Origin: the human T2T-CHM13v2.0 reference genome, Homo sapiens
Reading direction: 5' to 3' (one strand)
DNA length: 64,000 nucleotides
Assembly: GCF_009914755.1 (NCBI RefSeq)
Contig: NC_060930.1
The position numbers were made by a program, and so were the translations under genes. Below are positions 51,656-64,000 of the stretch, piece by piece; the first letter of the stretch is position 1; each line of letters begins with the position of its first letter. The notes under the pieces are model-generated. The model had not been told where the DNA came from and did not search any database. It saw nothing but the letters and a program-made list of their open reading frames with translations.

Positions 51656-54077
51656 TAGATTTGACACTATTGGAACCTGTAAAGCAAGGGCTCTGAGCAG
51701 AGCTGTGCTTCAGAAACACTTTGTGAAAATCACAGGTATTTTTGCTTCACTCAAGTCTGACTATATAAAAATGGCTAAGGGTGGGCCTGGGCATGCATGT
51801 GTTTCTTTAAGTACAGTTTTAGAAATGCATGAACTAGTACAAGTTCAGAACTAAAATCCAGGCCCACTAACCTGATTCTCTGTGCTCCCATCCCTATGAA
51901 CTATGTACCAAGTGACAAGAGAATTTTGGTGCCACTATGTACTGAGAAAGGCTTATGACATCATTAACTAGAAGTCACAGACTAGAATAAGAATTCCAGG
52001 GAACATGTCTGTGGTGGCATAACTAAACAGGTGTGATAAGCATACAGCACAAGAGGACTAATTAACATTTTAGGAGTTTCATGAGTTTATTCAGAATTTT
52101 GTAAGAAGTTAGCATATCTCATTATACTCTTTACCTTGCCTTTCAGACATTTTCTTTAATTTTTTTTAAAGATTCAAAAGCAGCCACCTGGTAGCATGCA
52201 TTGCCAATAAGAAGCGATGTAGGCTAGACTAATTGATCACTTTTTAAAGATTAAGTGGCCCATTTTCTGTAATATGAATACAGAAAACAGCTTTGACAAC
52301 ACCAAAGTAGTTTATTGAATTTTGACTGTCAACTGAAAATTTAAATCATGCTTATTTTTCACAAGGTAATCCACTCACAATAGGCAATTGATGTGATCTC
52401 TTTCTGTAAGAAAAGCTCTCATGCTCTTCCTGAACCTTCTACTTACTGTGCTGTTATGATGCACCTGCCTTTTGGATAGATGGTTGATAGGAGATGGGTT
52501 GTTAAAGACACAATTTACCTTGTGTGTTTCAGGCAGAAATAGACTCTCTCTGTGTAATCACTGAATGAGTTCCAAAAGCCTTTATGTCTTACATACAAGC
52601 TCAGACACTCCAGAACTCATTTTTCTTAACTTAAAAGTGGGATAATTGTAATACCTTTTGTACCTATCAGGATTATTGTGACTATTAACTGGAAAATATA
52701 ATTGTTTTATCAAATTGCTATGAATGTGTACCACTTCTGTTATACATTATATGGAAAAGCCTTCCATTGGGAAGTATTGGTCACATTGTATAACCATTCT
52801 TTTTCTTGGGGCTTGTACTACTTCATCTGGGCTACAACTGTGTATAGCTCAGATATCCTCCTGCTCTTGATATCCTCCTCTTTACAGATTTCTTCAAGTG
52901 GTTCTTGAAACCTTAAGTTTATTTAGAAGGCCTAAATCTACCTTCTTTCTAATTGGAACTTTACATAAAATTCTCATTATTTATTGTGAAATACATCCTC
53001 CTATTTCATTTTTCTCGATCCATCTCCCTCCTAGCCTCCCTTCTCATGTGAATCACGTGGGTTAAGTAGGTTGAAATTCTGGACAAGATTCAGAGAATTC
53101 ACATTGGTTTTAATATATACAAGTAGCAAAAATTAGAGACTAATTTTTAAAATTTTTTGTAGACTTTGTTTTATCTATGAAGTCCAGCATACTTTGTCAC
53201 ATACCTAACTTTTTCAATAATTATAAAACGGCACCTAAAATCAGAAGCCTTATTGTGACAACATGCCATAGCATGGCAGGCACAAGGTCTGACAACACGG
53301 CAACATTCTGAAATTGGGAGACTCATGAAAAACCCATAACAAATGGGCACAACAGGTATAATGCCCCAGGGCAAGACTGTTCTATGAGGCTTGACCAGCT
53401 AAGGATGCCACTGGAAATACTGATTGCTTTTTAGAAAAGGCTAATGGGCAGACTGCCCTTTCTACATTTCCCTTCCTCAAATAACAAAGTGCATTTCCTG
53501 AATAGTAGCCTCTATTCTTACTCAAAATATAACAAACAGATCCAGTCTTTGTGCTCTATGTCTTGAAAATTTCTTTCAGGGATTCCCTAGTTCTGAGAAA
53601 TGTAGCAGATGATTTAAAAAAAAGAAAGAAAGAAAGAAAGTGTAGTTACTACCCAAGACAACTGGAATCCTCACTTTACCAGGCTGCCAGATTTGGTTTG
53701 GAACAGATAACAGATCCATGGGTGCTAGCAGATATGTCCCTGAGTACCATGCCACAACAAACATTGTTTACCCATTGTTCTCAACTCCTCAAGCTCAGGA
53801 ATCAAAAAGAGGCAACAGGTTCTTTCGTTCAAATACCCCTGCCCTAAACAACTCAGCTGAGAATATCTCTTTCATACTGTTCAGTGCTCCTAAATTGATT
53901 CAAAATTGGAATTTCTCCACCTGGGTTTTCCTCCATTCTTTTTCAACAAGCAGGCAATCTCTAAGATCCTTCTCTTATTTCAACAGTGTTCCTGATGACT
54001 CTTCCTTCACCATTTTAACATCTTCTTTGATATGTTCCCAATATTTCACCTCACCTTTCATTTTGAATCAAATGAGA

Positions 54078-54520
54078 CTTATTCATTCATTAACTCACAA
54101 AAATTTAACAAGCACCTCCTAGGTAGCAGGCACTATTTCAAACACTAAAAATATAGTAATAAATAAGACAAATTTGTGGCCTTTATGGAATTTCATTCTA
54201 TGGTGACAAACCATAAACAAAGAAATTGATCTATAATACAGTTTCAGGTACTGACAAGTGTGATGGTAACATATATATAAAAATCAAGTTAAGAACTTAG
54301 AGAGTAATTTTGTAAAAATGTTGGAGAAAACTCTATTTTAGAAAACAGGATCAGAAAAAAATTTCTCTGAGAAAGTAGCATTTCAACAGCAACAAAAATT
54401 AATAATAAAGTGAGAGTGCAAGAGATATAAAGATCTGGAGGAAGAGAATTAAAAGGAGATGGAACAACCAGCATATGTTATGAAGTGGAAATGAGCTTGG
54501 GCACACTTAAACATTGATCA
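54078..54520 (-). mobile_element. L2 LINE 3' end
   Basis: ttattcattcattaactc...aagcacctcctaggtagcaggcact...aataagacaaa...tttatggaatttcattcta. Confidence 0.75.
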
Positions 54521-55444
54521 GGCCAAATAATTGCACTTTTGCTTTATGTTGTATTTGTCCATATACCTGTGTCAACTTTCCAATTTCAGCTTCTAGTGAA
54601 AAGAAGCCAGTTTTGTGTAACTCTTTGTAAATCTTCACATAGTATCAATCAAAGACATGAAAAATTAAGTATTTACTGAACGTTTTGATGACGGTGAAGG
54701 CTGCGCATTTCTCCCATCATGCAGTACAGGTGAGTGCATAAGTAATTAGTATGAGAGCTATAAAGCCTCTTTAAATAAGGTGTCTACTTGAACTAAAATA
54801 AATAGACTGAAAGCACAATTGGTTTTACATAAATTGGGAGTGGAATAAGATTTGGAGTGCATGGGGAATTTGATGCAATTGAAGAATCTGAGAAAGGGAC
54901 TTTCACAGTGATGAAAAAGACAGCAAAGACTAAATTGTACTAACTTCAAGATAAGAGTTAACCAGAAGTGGTTACATAAGAAACATTCAAGGGAATTTTA
55001 ATGTGCTGACACAAACAGGATTATAGGGAAATATAATTTCAATGTACATTCTAGTTAAGTACTAAAGATTTTTGTAGTAGTTTTGAAAAGAGAATGTAAG
55101 TGTCCAGTGACTCAGGACAACCTTTTGCTTCTCTCAGCAAAAACTGCAAAACATCTACACTTATCGTTTACTGCAAAACAAGCAAATAGCCAGTGCCTGT
55201 CTCTGTAGTGGCTACCTGTGGGGAGCTCCACTTCTGTAAGCTCCCAAGAAGGTACATTTCAAGGGCTATTACCCTAATCCTGATTCTCCGTTAGTCCACA
55301 GGCCTCTTTATGGTGCCCCATGCAGAGCTGAGCCTCATGAGCAATTAACCCCAGGGTAGCTGAAAAATTAATTTTCAGCAGTGAGTCCTATTTGCAAATA
55401 GAATCTAGTCTTCTAAGGGGCATCGGACTAGGCCTTTCACTTAT

Positions 55445-55736
55445 TTTTTTCTAGCTTTATTAAGGTGTCAATAAAAATTATATGTATTCAAGGTAAAGAA
55501 TGTAATATTTTGATATATGTATACGTTGTGAAATGATTACCACAATCAAACTAATTAATATATCCACCACTTCACATAGTTACCTTTTCATATGCATGTG
55601 TAGTTAGAATACTTAAGATCTATTCTCTTAGCAAATTTCAAGTATGCAAGATATTATAGTTACCAAGCTTCACGTTAGGTTTCTCGAACTTATTCATCTT
55701 ATGTGAAAAGCAAGTTGGTCAAAGGATACAGACTTG
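55445..55736 (-). mobile_element. L1MA8/9-like 3' end with short 5' inversion
   Basis: Antisense 55445-55701 (gtgaaatgattaccacaatcaa...cttagcaaatttcaagt...gaacttattcatctta), then sense ttggtcaaaggatacagactt; flanks share tttcactt plus a T run. Confidence 0.8.
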
Positions 55737-55968
55737 CTTTTCACTTTTTTGGAGTGCCCCTTAGAGCTAGCATAAGTCTAAACACATAAAGGCATTCAGC
55801 AAATATTTAATAAATGAACCATGTTTCAAAGGGTTTGCTGCTATGGGTACTCTATGTCAATGTAGTACTTAATGATACCTAAAGGTTAGGTATTAACAAA
55901 TTATAAAATGTTCATTACTTAAGCTATAGGAAACTTTTTGAGCTTTATTGTGTAAGCCTAGCTAGGTT

Positions 55969-56903
55969 TTAGGATTGCCTGAAAAAATACAGGACTCTCA
56001 GTTGCATATGAATTTCAGAAAAAAAAGTTTTTAGTATATACATAAAAAACATATTATATACTATATAATATGTATCATATTATATACTATATAATATGTA
56101 TCATATTATATACTATATAATATGTATCATATTATATACTATATAATATGTATCATATTATATACTATATAATATGTATCATATTATATACTATATAATA
56201 TGTATATTATATAGTATATAATATGTATCATATTATATATTATATATAATGTGTATCATAGTATATATTATATATAATGTGTATCATAGTATATATTATA
56301 TATAATGTGTATCATAGTATATATTATATATAATGTGTATCAATTATATATTATATATAATGTGTATCAATTATATATTATATATAATGTGTATCAATTA
56401 TATATTATATATGTGTATCATGTTATATATTACATATAATGTGTATCATGTTATATATTACATATAATGTGTATCATGTTATATATTATATATGTGTATC
56501 ATGTTATATATTATATATAATGTGTATCATGTTATATATTATATATGTGTATCATGTTATATATTATATATAATGTGTATCATGTTATATATTATATATA
56601 ATGTGTATCATGTTATATATAATATATAATGTGTATCATGTTATATATTATATATGTGTATCATGTTATATATTATATATAATGTGTATCATGTTATATA
56701 TTATATATAATGTGTATCATGTTATATATTATATATAATGTGTATCATGTTATATATTATATATAAATATTACATGACATATATTTTTATGAAAAATATA
56801 TTTTTAAAATATATATTTGTATAAAAAATCAGTTTATCTGAAATAAAATTTAGATTAAATACAGGATATACTATGTTTTTATTTACTGAATCTGGCAACT
56901 CTA
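55969..56903. mobile_element. MER53 palindromic MITE split by a minisatellite
   Basis: Left arm taggattgcctgaaaaaatacaggac...gaatttcag...ttagtata; right arm gtttatctgaaat...atttactgaatctggcaactcta, the inverted counterpart. Confidence 0.75.
56050..56765. repeat. AT-rich minisatellite (25-28-bp units)
   Basis: Six perfect copies of catattatatactatataatatgtat (56050-56205), then variants such as catagtatatattatatataatgtgtat and catgttatatattatatataatgtgtat. Confidence 0.97.
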
Positions 56904-57546
56904 ATTCAGCCTTTTGGCCTTGAACCTGATTGAATTTGTTTCTCTTCTTTTCTCAAAATACGATTAAACTATTTTAATAGTGTTTATGCCCTATTAAATG
57001 AAGACTGTATAATCATGATCCTCTTGACCTTCTTTGAAGACATACAGAAAAAGAAACTCCAGAGCATATGTAATTCTGGATCAATGTGTAGAATGGCATT
57101 ATCCACAGGGCCTAGTAAAGCCCAGTATGTTGAATTTTGCTAAAAAAGAAGAAAAAAAATAAAGGAATAGGGTTTCAGCATTTTCTAATGACATGGCCAG
57201 ATGATGCCACAAAATCTTGGCATTACTGATAAGCACACGCTGTGCTGGAAAATCAATAGTTTCTGAAGGGGATCCTGAAGGGAACTTTCCATTATTGAAG
57301 TTAGAAATAACTTAGCCCCACACTCATAAATTCCTGGAGTTCAGGGTGCTCAGTGTTCCTAAGCAAGAAAGCACGGGACTTGTCCTAACTTCATAACCTG
57401 CTGAGCTGGAATTATTGCTTTTACAAATTACAGAGTACCTACTTTTTTAAAACTGCATTTTTAACTATTTCAAGTGCCAGACAGTAATTGAGATAGGAAC
57501 GTAAATTTAAGTACAAGTGTCCCCCCACTTTAAGAAAGCCTGAATA

Positions 57547-57846
57547 GGCCGGGCGCGGTGGCTCACGCCTGTAATCCCAGCACTTTGGGAGGCCGAGGCG
57601 GCAGATCACGAGGTGAGGAGATCAAGACCATCCTGGCTAACGCGGTGAAACCCCGTCTCTACTAAAAAAATAGAAAAAATTAGCCAGGCCTGCTGGCGGG
57701 CGCCTGTAGTTCCAGCTAATCAGGAGGCTGAGGCAGGACAATGGTGTGAACCCGGGAGGCGGAGCTTGCAGTGAGCCCAGATTGTGCCACTGCACTCCAG
57801 CCTGGGGGACAGAGCAACACTCTGTCTCGAAAAAAAAAAAAAAAAA
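57547..57846 (+). mobile_element. AluY-like element with TSD
   Basis: CpG-rich ggccgggcgcggtggctcacgcc start; Y diagnostics accatcctggctaac and gaacccgggaggcggagcttgcag; TSD aagaaagcctgaata / aaaaaatcctgaata. Confidence 0.95.
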
Positions 57847-58367
57847 TCCTGAATATGCTAAAAGATAAGCTTAGGTAAGCAGATAGGTTGTGGAAGTGGT
57901 TATTTACATTAAATAATATTTCATTGCAACATTCCATTAAATATTAGACTGCCTTGCTATTTTTTAAAAATTACATCATTTTCTCCCTTGCAATGAATTC
58001 TCAATTTTTCAGATTTTGTGTTATGTTTGGGCAGTGAAAGTTTAGCCCCTTGATCATTTTAGCATTCCATGTTATAAATATCTACATAATGGTTTATAGT
58101 TAGTTAGTATTCTCCTTCCTTAAAACTCTAAGGTAATAGTACTCTAAGGTATTATTCTATAGGAAAGCATTGGCTACAGAGCTCAGCTCTCTTCAACTCC
58201 CTTCCTTTTTTCTAAAACGTGTAGGTAAAGCTTCTCTAAAACTTTTGAGTAAACCACAACTTTTTATTTTCACTCCTTCATATGATTTCCTTACACTGTA
58301 AGTACTGAGACATTAAGAAATAAAATTCACTATTATTTTTGCAAATGGAGTCATTCCTCAGAAATAG

Positions 58368-58696
<329 letters not shown>

Positions 58697-58709
58697 AGTC
58701 TTCATTTTT

Positions 58710-59710
58710 AAATAAACTTTTTATGTGAGAATACTTTTATTTTTAAAAAGTGATGATATAGAAAGTTCCTATATACCCCATACCCAGTTTCTCCTTTTGT
58801 CGACATCATACTACATGTTACAACTAATGAGCTGATATTGAACCATTATTATTTCAATAATGCTTGCTTCAGATTTCCTTAGATTTTACCAAGTGCTCTT
58901 TTCTGTTGCCAGACCCCACCAGGATCCCACATTACACTTAAGTCATATGTCTCTTTAGGCTCCTCTTGGCAATGGCAGTTTTCACACTTTCTTTGTTTTA
59001 ATAATTTAAGGAATACTGGTCCAGTATTTTACAGAATGCCCCACAATTTAGTTTTGGATGATGCTGTTCTCAAGATTTGGCAGGTTTTAGAGTGTTGAGG
59101 AAAAAACCACAGAGGTGAAGTGCCATTCTTATCACATCACAACAAGGGCACATACTATCATCATGACTTGTCACTACTGATGTTGGCCTTGATCAGCTGG
59201 CTGAGGTAGTGTTTGTTCGGTTTTTGCAATGGTACAGTACTCTTCTTTTTCCCTTTTCCAGATTGTAATCTTTGGACATAAGTCACTATGCACAGCCTAC
59301 ACTTAAGAGGTGGGTAGTTAACCTCCACCTCCTTGAAGGGCCAATATCTACATTGATTATTTGGAATCCTGCACAGTAAATTTCTTTCCCTCCATTTGTT
59401 CATTCAATCATTTATTTATATCAGTGTGAATGCATGGATACTTTACTCGTTGTGTTATAATCCATTACTATTTATTTTGTTGCTTAAATTGTTCCAGCTT
59501 TGGCTATTGGAGCTCTTTCAGTTAGCTCCTATGTCCCTTTGACATACCCCTGCCACCCTCATCATTATGATTTTTATCTTTTTTTTATGCTTTCTCAAGG
59601 CACCACAAGATGCTTCAGGCTTCTCTTATATATTTCCTGCTCCAGACATAGATTCAACTTCTAGTTCCTTTTATTGGAGAATGGCATTAGAAACCAAGAT
59701 CTGAGTCATG
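58710..59710 (-). mobile_element. L1MD/L1MC-like 3' end
   Basis: gaaagttcctatataccccatacccagtttc...aaccacagaggtgaagtgccattc...gttccagctttggctattggagc...tggagaatggcattagaaaccaagatctg. Confidence 0.82.
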
Positions 59711-60542
59711 CTAGGTAAAAGCCACTGTCATTTTAAAATCATTTCTCCTCCCTCGGTCCTACATGATGTATTTGCTATTAGACTGAAGGATACTGTGTTC
59801 ATATTGTTGATCTCAAACTTGGTCCTTTAAAGAAAATTAGAGTTTAATTTTGGAATTACTTGATTTTAACAAACCTTATTCTACTTTATATTTAAAAACT
59901 ATGATATTAATTTATTTTTCTTTTTTGGTATATTTTGTTCTTTCTTTTTCTTACTAAAGGAATTAGAAGTTTAGGGAATGAGGTTACTAAGGAAAGGAAG
60001 GGTGGATTACTTCTCTCCAGGCTCAGCTAGGAGGGGCAGCCTAGTAATTCAACTAGAAATGGCAGGGTATATCTAAGCCTAGGAGAAGTTTAATATATAC
60101 TGCTCTTATTCAACCATTGTTTAAAAATAATTATGTGGTGACCACAGACATATGAGGAACTGGCTGTAGAATGAAGAGGCTGCAACAAAGGAAGAAGAAA
60201 ATGACACACAAATACCATTATCAAACCAAATAACCACCTTGTATTTTTATGATGCACTGTATACGGGAAGGAAGCTGGTTTTCAATGCCAAGAGTTGCTC
60301 TTTCACAGACTCGGTGTCAAGCATGCATTCTATTCAAGATCAAGACTTTAAGTGGTTTTTACAACCACATGTATATCCTATAGTAGCCTGGGCTTACCAA
60401 ATTCTCATACTACTAGCATTGAGACCATCTCCAAAATTACACTAAGAAAAATTTTAATTAATACATAAATGTATGCCCCCTAGCAATTTGAATAGGTGAG
60501 GTTACATTAAATGCTAGACAAAAGGGTGATTTCCTTGCACCC

Positions 60543-60544
<2 letters not shown>

Positions 60545-60582
<38 letters not shown>
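60545..60582 (+). repeat. (CA)19 microsatellite
   Basis: Perfect dinucleotide run. Confidence 0.97.
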
Positions 60583-60585
<3 letters not shown>

Positions 60586-61077
60586 CATACTAGATCTTTT
60601 GATTGCTCTTCCTTCTCTATACTTCCTCTTTCAATTCCTGGCCACCAATTCCTCTCACCCCAACGTAAAAACTCTGAATAACACTATAGAGCCTCGAACA
60701 GAATCTATATAACCACTGATGAAATCACAGCCCTAAGGCTACTCAGGAAGACCAAGGCTCACGCAGAGCTACTAGAGCCCTACAGCCTACTAGAGCCATG
60801 AGTCTCTACTGATATCGGAAAACAGTTCTGACTTCTGGTCACTTAACACTGCTAAATTGATACCCAGACAAAAAAATTGTTGGCATCTATTAGCTAGATG
60901 CTTTTGGAGCTAACTGAGCCAGTCAGAGATGGGCTGACTGACAGCTGGATGTTTTCATTTATTGTGCTTCAATCAGAAAGTGGCTGAAGGCTACTCTTCT
61001 CTATGTACCGCTCTGCCTTTTCTAAAGGACGTGGGTTGGGATTCAAAGGACATGGTCTTTAGTCAATACAGACATTG

Positions 61078-61121
61078 TAGACAGCAAACACAAATCAATA
61101 GAAAAAAATAACTTTTTTATT
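61078..61121 (-). terminator. Distal polyadenylation signal with GU-rich downstream element
   Basis: Minus strand reads TTTTGTAAATAAAAAAGTTATTTTTTTCTATTGA-TTTGTGTTTGCTGT; AATAAA at 61116-61121; cleavage expected near 61096. Confidence 0.75.
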
Positions 61122-64000
61122 TACAAAAAAATCCAAATATTGGATGCTGTAAACAAAATTCACAATCTGTTCCCTCTAGCACTGATTCAAACATGTCAGT
61201 TTTTTAGTCCATTTTCCATCAACTCCTTTTCTGCCTGTGACGCAGCCTATAGTCAAAATATTCCAAAAGAGTGACCCAAGGTGCAGCTTGCTGCAACAGA
61301 ACACCTCAAAGCAGGCATGATTGTAGAGAGGTTGGAGGGAGAGACAGCCAGCAGGCAGAGCCTCCTCCGTTCTGCAAGGCTTTGCAGCAAGTCTCGTTAA
61401 CTTGACATCTTCCAACTTTGTACTTTACCATTTGCTTTGTTAGAAAGCCATTATTTTAACAAAATATAACATAGAGATTCTTTCTTAGCACTGAAAATGC
61501 TATGCTAAAAGAAATTTTAAAGAAAGATTATATTCAAATAGATGCTATATATGAAATTACTTTTTTTGGCTTTTTGGTTTCACCTAACACACTTCATCTT
61601 CAACAACAACAAAAAAGCTTATTTTTGAACTGACAGCTTTCAACATAATACATTTCATTTACAAAATAGTTCACAATATTTATTTAACAAGCGTTGCATT
61701 GAAAACAACTTTATGCACAGTGAAGCAACCAACAATAAGCAAACAGAAAGGGGTGGTAAAAACAGTACGTTCACTTTTCATTTCCTTCCTTGGTTTGGAT
61801 TACACATATTCTTCCATCCTTGCATTTTTGGAGCTACATTATTAGTCCATCCAATACCAAAGTGAGCAGATACTTGATCCCATTTCTGGAAAGGAAATGT
61901 CCATCTTGGTGTAGGAGTTCTTGAGGCAGCTGGATTTACTGCAAATTAAGTAAACCTTTAAAAACGGCATTGTCACAGGCTATGTGTTCTCTGACATGCC
62001 AGGCTGGACAGGTGAGAAGAGCCTCCAAAAGACAAAACTTCTTCCTGGTTTAAAGAAACAGCACACTAGGCCAGATAAACACAAAAGGAAACAAATCACA
62101 GGCGCTAATAGGGAGTCGGGAGCTGTTCTTTTCTCTGACCTATACACATGGCTCTCTCTCACCAGACATTCAAATTTTTAGGCCGCACATCCACAAAGAG
62201 AGACATATATTTCACTGTGTGTTCAACTACTTATGCACAAGACTATAGTACACACAAAATAGAAATAAATTATATAAGTCTTAAAGTAAATGCTAGAAGT
62301 TGTCTTGAGTACAGCCTGTTCTATATGAATAGGTGCCAGGTGCTGGCACTTCCAACTAAGCTACCAACCCTGAAGTAAGCAAGAAAAGAATATAAATATT
62401 TAAGAAAATAAATCAAAGTGTATTTCAAATAAGGCTCTTCCAAACAAAAATCTGTGTTATAAATTAACAGCAGGTTATTGTTATGGCAGAGTCAGAGACC
62501 TCCAGACTCTTTAAAATAGTAGACGACTCATTTGTCAAGAGTTAGGGTAAGAAAGCAGATCACCAGCTGCTCCTGTGTTCACAAGTGCTCCCCTAGTTTT
62601 CTTTCAGAAAACTTTGAAACAACTAAGCAGGCGGAGCTCTGGTTTCTGATAGGTGAGTGCCAGGCTTAATCTGCAAACTGAACAATGTTTCCTGGGAAGT
62701 TGCAATTAATTTTTCAAACCCAGGGCTTAAGTGAGGGAGACTGAGCCAAGATGGTAGTAGGAGGAGTTCCTTAGAAAACTGAGTGGCAGTGCAGGGGCTG
62801 TTGCAGCTCTGACAGAATTCACAAGGAAGCTGCTACAGCAAACCCATCAGGTTCCCATTAAGGCTTCAAAGAAAGATGCACAAAAGGTAGTCCAGACGGA
62901 TTAACCTGGATTAACCTAGCACTAAGCATCTGAGGATCCCTAGATAAACAAACAAACAAATTATACTGCCAACAGGAGGATATTTTTTTCTCCCGTGGTC
63001 TCTCTTTAACTGATGATGAAAATCTTCTAATTGGGTCTTCGAGGAATTATCATAGCAAGCAGTCATCCACTAAGGTTGTGGAGATTATGTGGTTGTTTCA
63101 CAACACAAAGGGAAGGTTCTTATGTGTTAGTTTTGTTTTGTTTTTAACAAATGCATTTTCAGAGACCAGTATCTAGAGGAACTACTGGCTAGGAGAAAGG
63201 GTGGTTTTAGGATTAGCTGTTATTGAACTGAAATAGTAATGCCAGTTCATTTCACAAAGGTATAACTGGTATTTTTGTAAGAAAGAAAATAAAGTTGGAT
63301 TTGATTTAATGGAAAGCGATTTAAAGTACAGTACTAAATATTTAAATGCAGTGTGACAACCAGATCAAAGATGTTTCATATTGACATGATTTATAAAATG
63401 TTATATATAATATATATCTCATATATAAATTTTAAGCAATTGTGCAAATATTCTGTAAAAAGGGTCATTTCACATTACTAAATTCTAGTGGTCCAGAAAT
63501 GCAGAATGCATTCATTAAAATTCATTTAAACATTAGCAAGTAGTGTTTAGATCACCGGAAATCCTTTTTAGCAGTCAGGGATTTAAGTAGCCTATTACTG
63601 ATCCATGATCCACTAGATTAAACATCATAGAGGAATGCAATTTTTTTTTTAATAAATGGGTTCCAACTGTCAAAATGGCAGTTCAATATAAAAAAGAGTG
63701 CTCTGCCAAACAAATATTCTCCCATTTGTGGAATTTTATGGCTCACCAAAGAAAAAAAAAAAAAGAAAAAAAAATCCCACTAAAACAGTATAATTTCTGC
63801 TCTTCCTATGAAATATATTACTTGGTTCCCTCCTTCATTTAATTTTTTTAGATGTGGATTTAATTCATCATTGCAATATGCCCACGTCTCATGTTATCCT
63901 GTTGAAAACATAAAAACACACAGTATTTAAACATTTCCTATTTGAGACATTATTCTAGATCATAGTCAATCTACTGTGTATATATACATATAAAATGTAT
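61096..64000 (-). other. TRPS1: Distal part of a long 3' UTR (terminal exon), probably TRPS1
   Basis: Interspersed repeats stop abruptly; U-rich minus strand; poly(A) signal at the low-coordinate end; several conserved-family miRNA sites, including miR-221/222, a reported TRPS1 regulator. Gene identity is from recall, not from a search. Confidence 0.65.
61679..61684 (-). terminator. Candidate alternative (proximal) poly(A) signal
   Basis: Minus strand TTGTTAAATAAATATTGTGAAC... followed by U/GU-rich sequence, ~560 nt upstream of the distal signal. Confidence 0.4.

Noticed and set aside
53551-54122. Overlapping 98-aa and 134-aa ORFs
   Set aside because: No recognisable domain, composition mirrors local AT/CT bias, and the 3' end runs into an L2 tail
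55388-55401. 14-bp palindrome CTATTTGCAAATAG
   Set aside because: A few such palindromes are expected by chance in 64 kb of AT-rich DNA; not an exact octamer
57547-57660. Local CpG enrichment
   Set aside because: Belongs to the young AluY, not a CpG-island promoter
61176-62378. Short ORFs inside the terminal repeat-free region
   Set aside because: 60-79 aa, on both strands, no domain similarity; consistent with chance ORFs in a 3' UTR

Overview
This is primate (human-like) genomic DNA: AT-rich, CpG-depleted and dense in interspersed repeats. I find no credible protein-coding exon; the listed ORFs are chance ORFs or derive from Alu, L1 or LTR sequence. The last ~2.9 kb (about 61096-64000) is a repeat-free stretch that behaves like the distal 3' UTR of a minus-strand gene. 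It has AATAAA with a GU-rich downstream element, a second upstream AATAAA, and 8mer/9-nt seed sites for miR-30, miR-221/222, miR-101 and miR-19. I recognise it from memory as probably TRPS1; this is unverified. The rest is downstream intergenic DNA containing five Alus, solo LTRs (THE1A, MER41B, MLT1, LTR33), L1/L2/MIR fragments and DNA-transposon MITEs. The most notable observations are: (i) a MER41B LTR with both tandem GAS (STAT) sites intact; (ii) a perfect DR3 element (AGGTCA-ctg-AGGTCA) ~170 bp from a perfect 3x32-bp tandem repeat that triplicates a STAT5-type GAS site; (iii) a ~715-bp AT-rich palindromic minisatellite expanded in the centre of a MER53 hairpin; (iv) a nested L1 complex with signs of two deletions; (v) an old L1MA with a twin-priming inversion; (vi) a cluster of 7 TGACA/TGTCA motifs. 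I see no evidence of a new coding system. Repeat subfamily names come from remembered consensus sequences and need RepeatMasker/Dfam confirmation.
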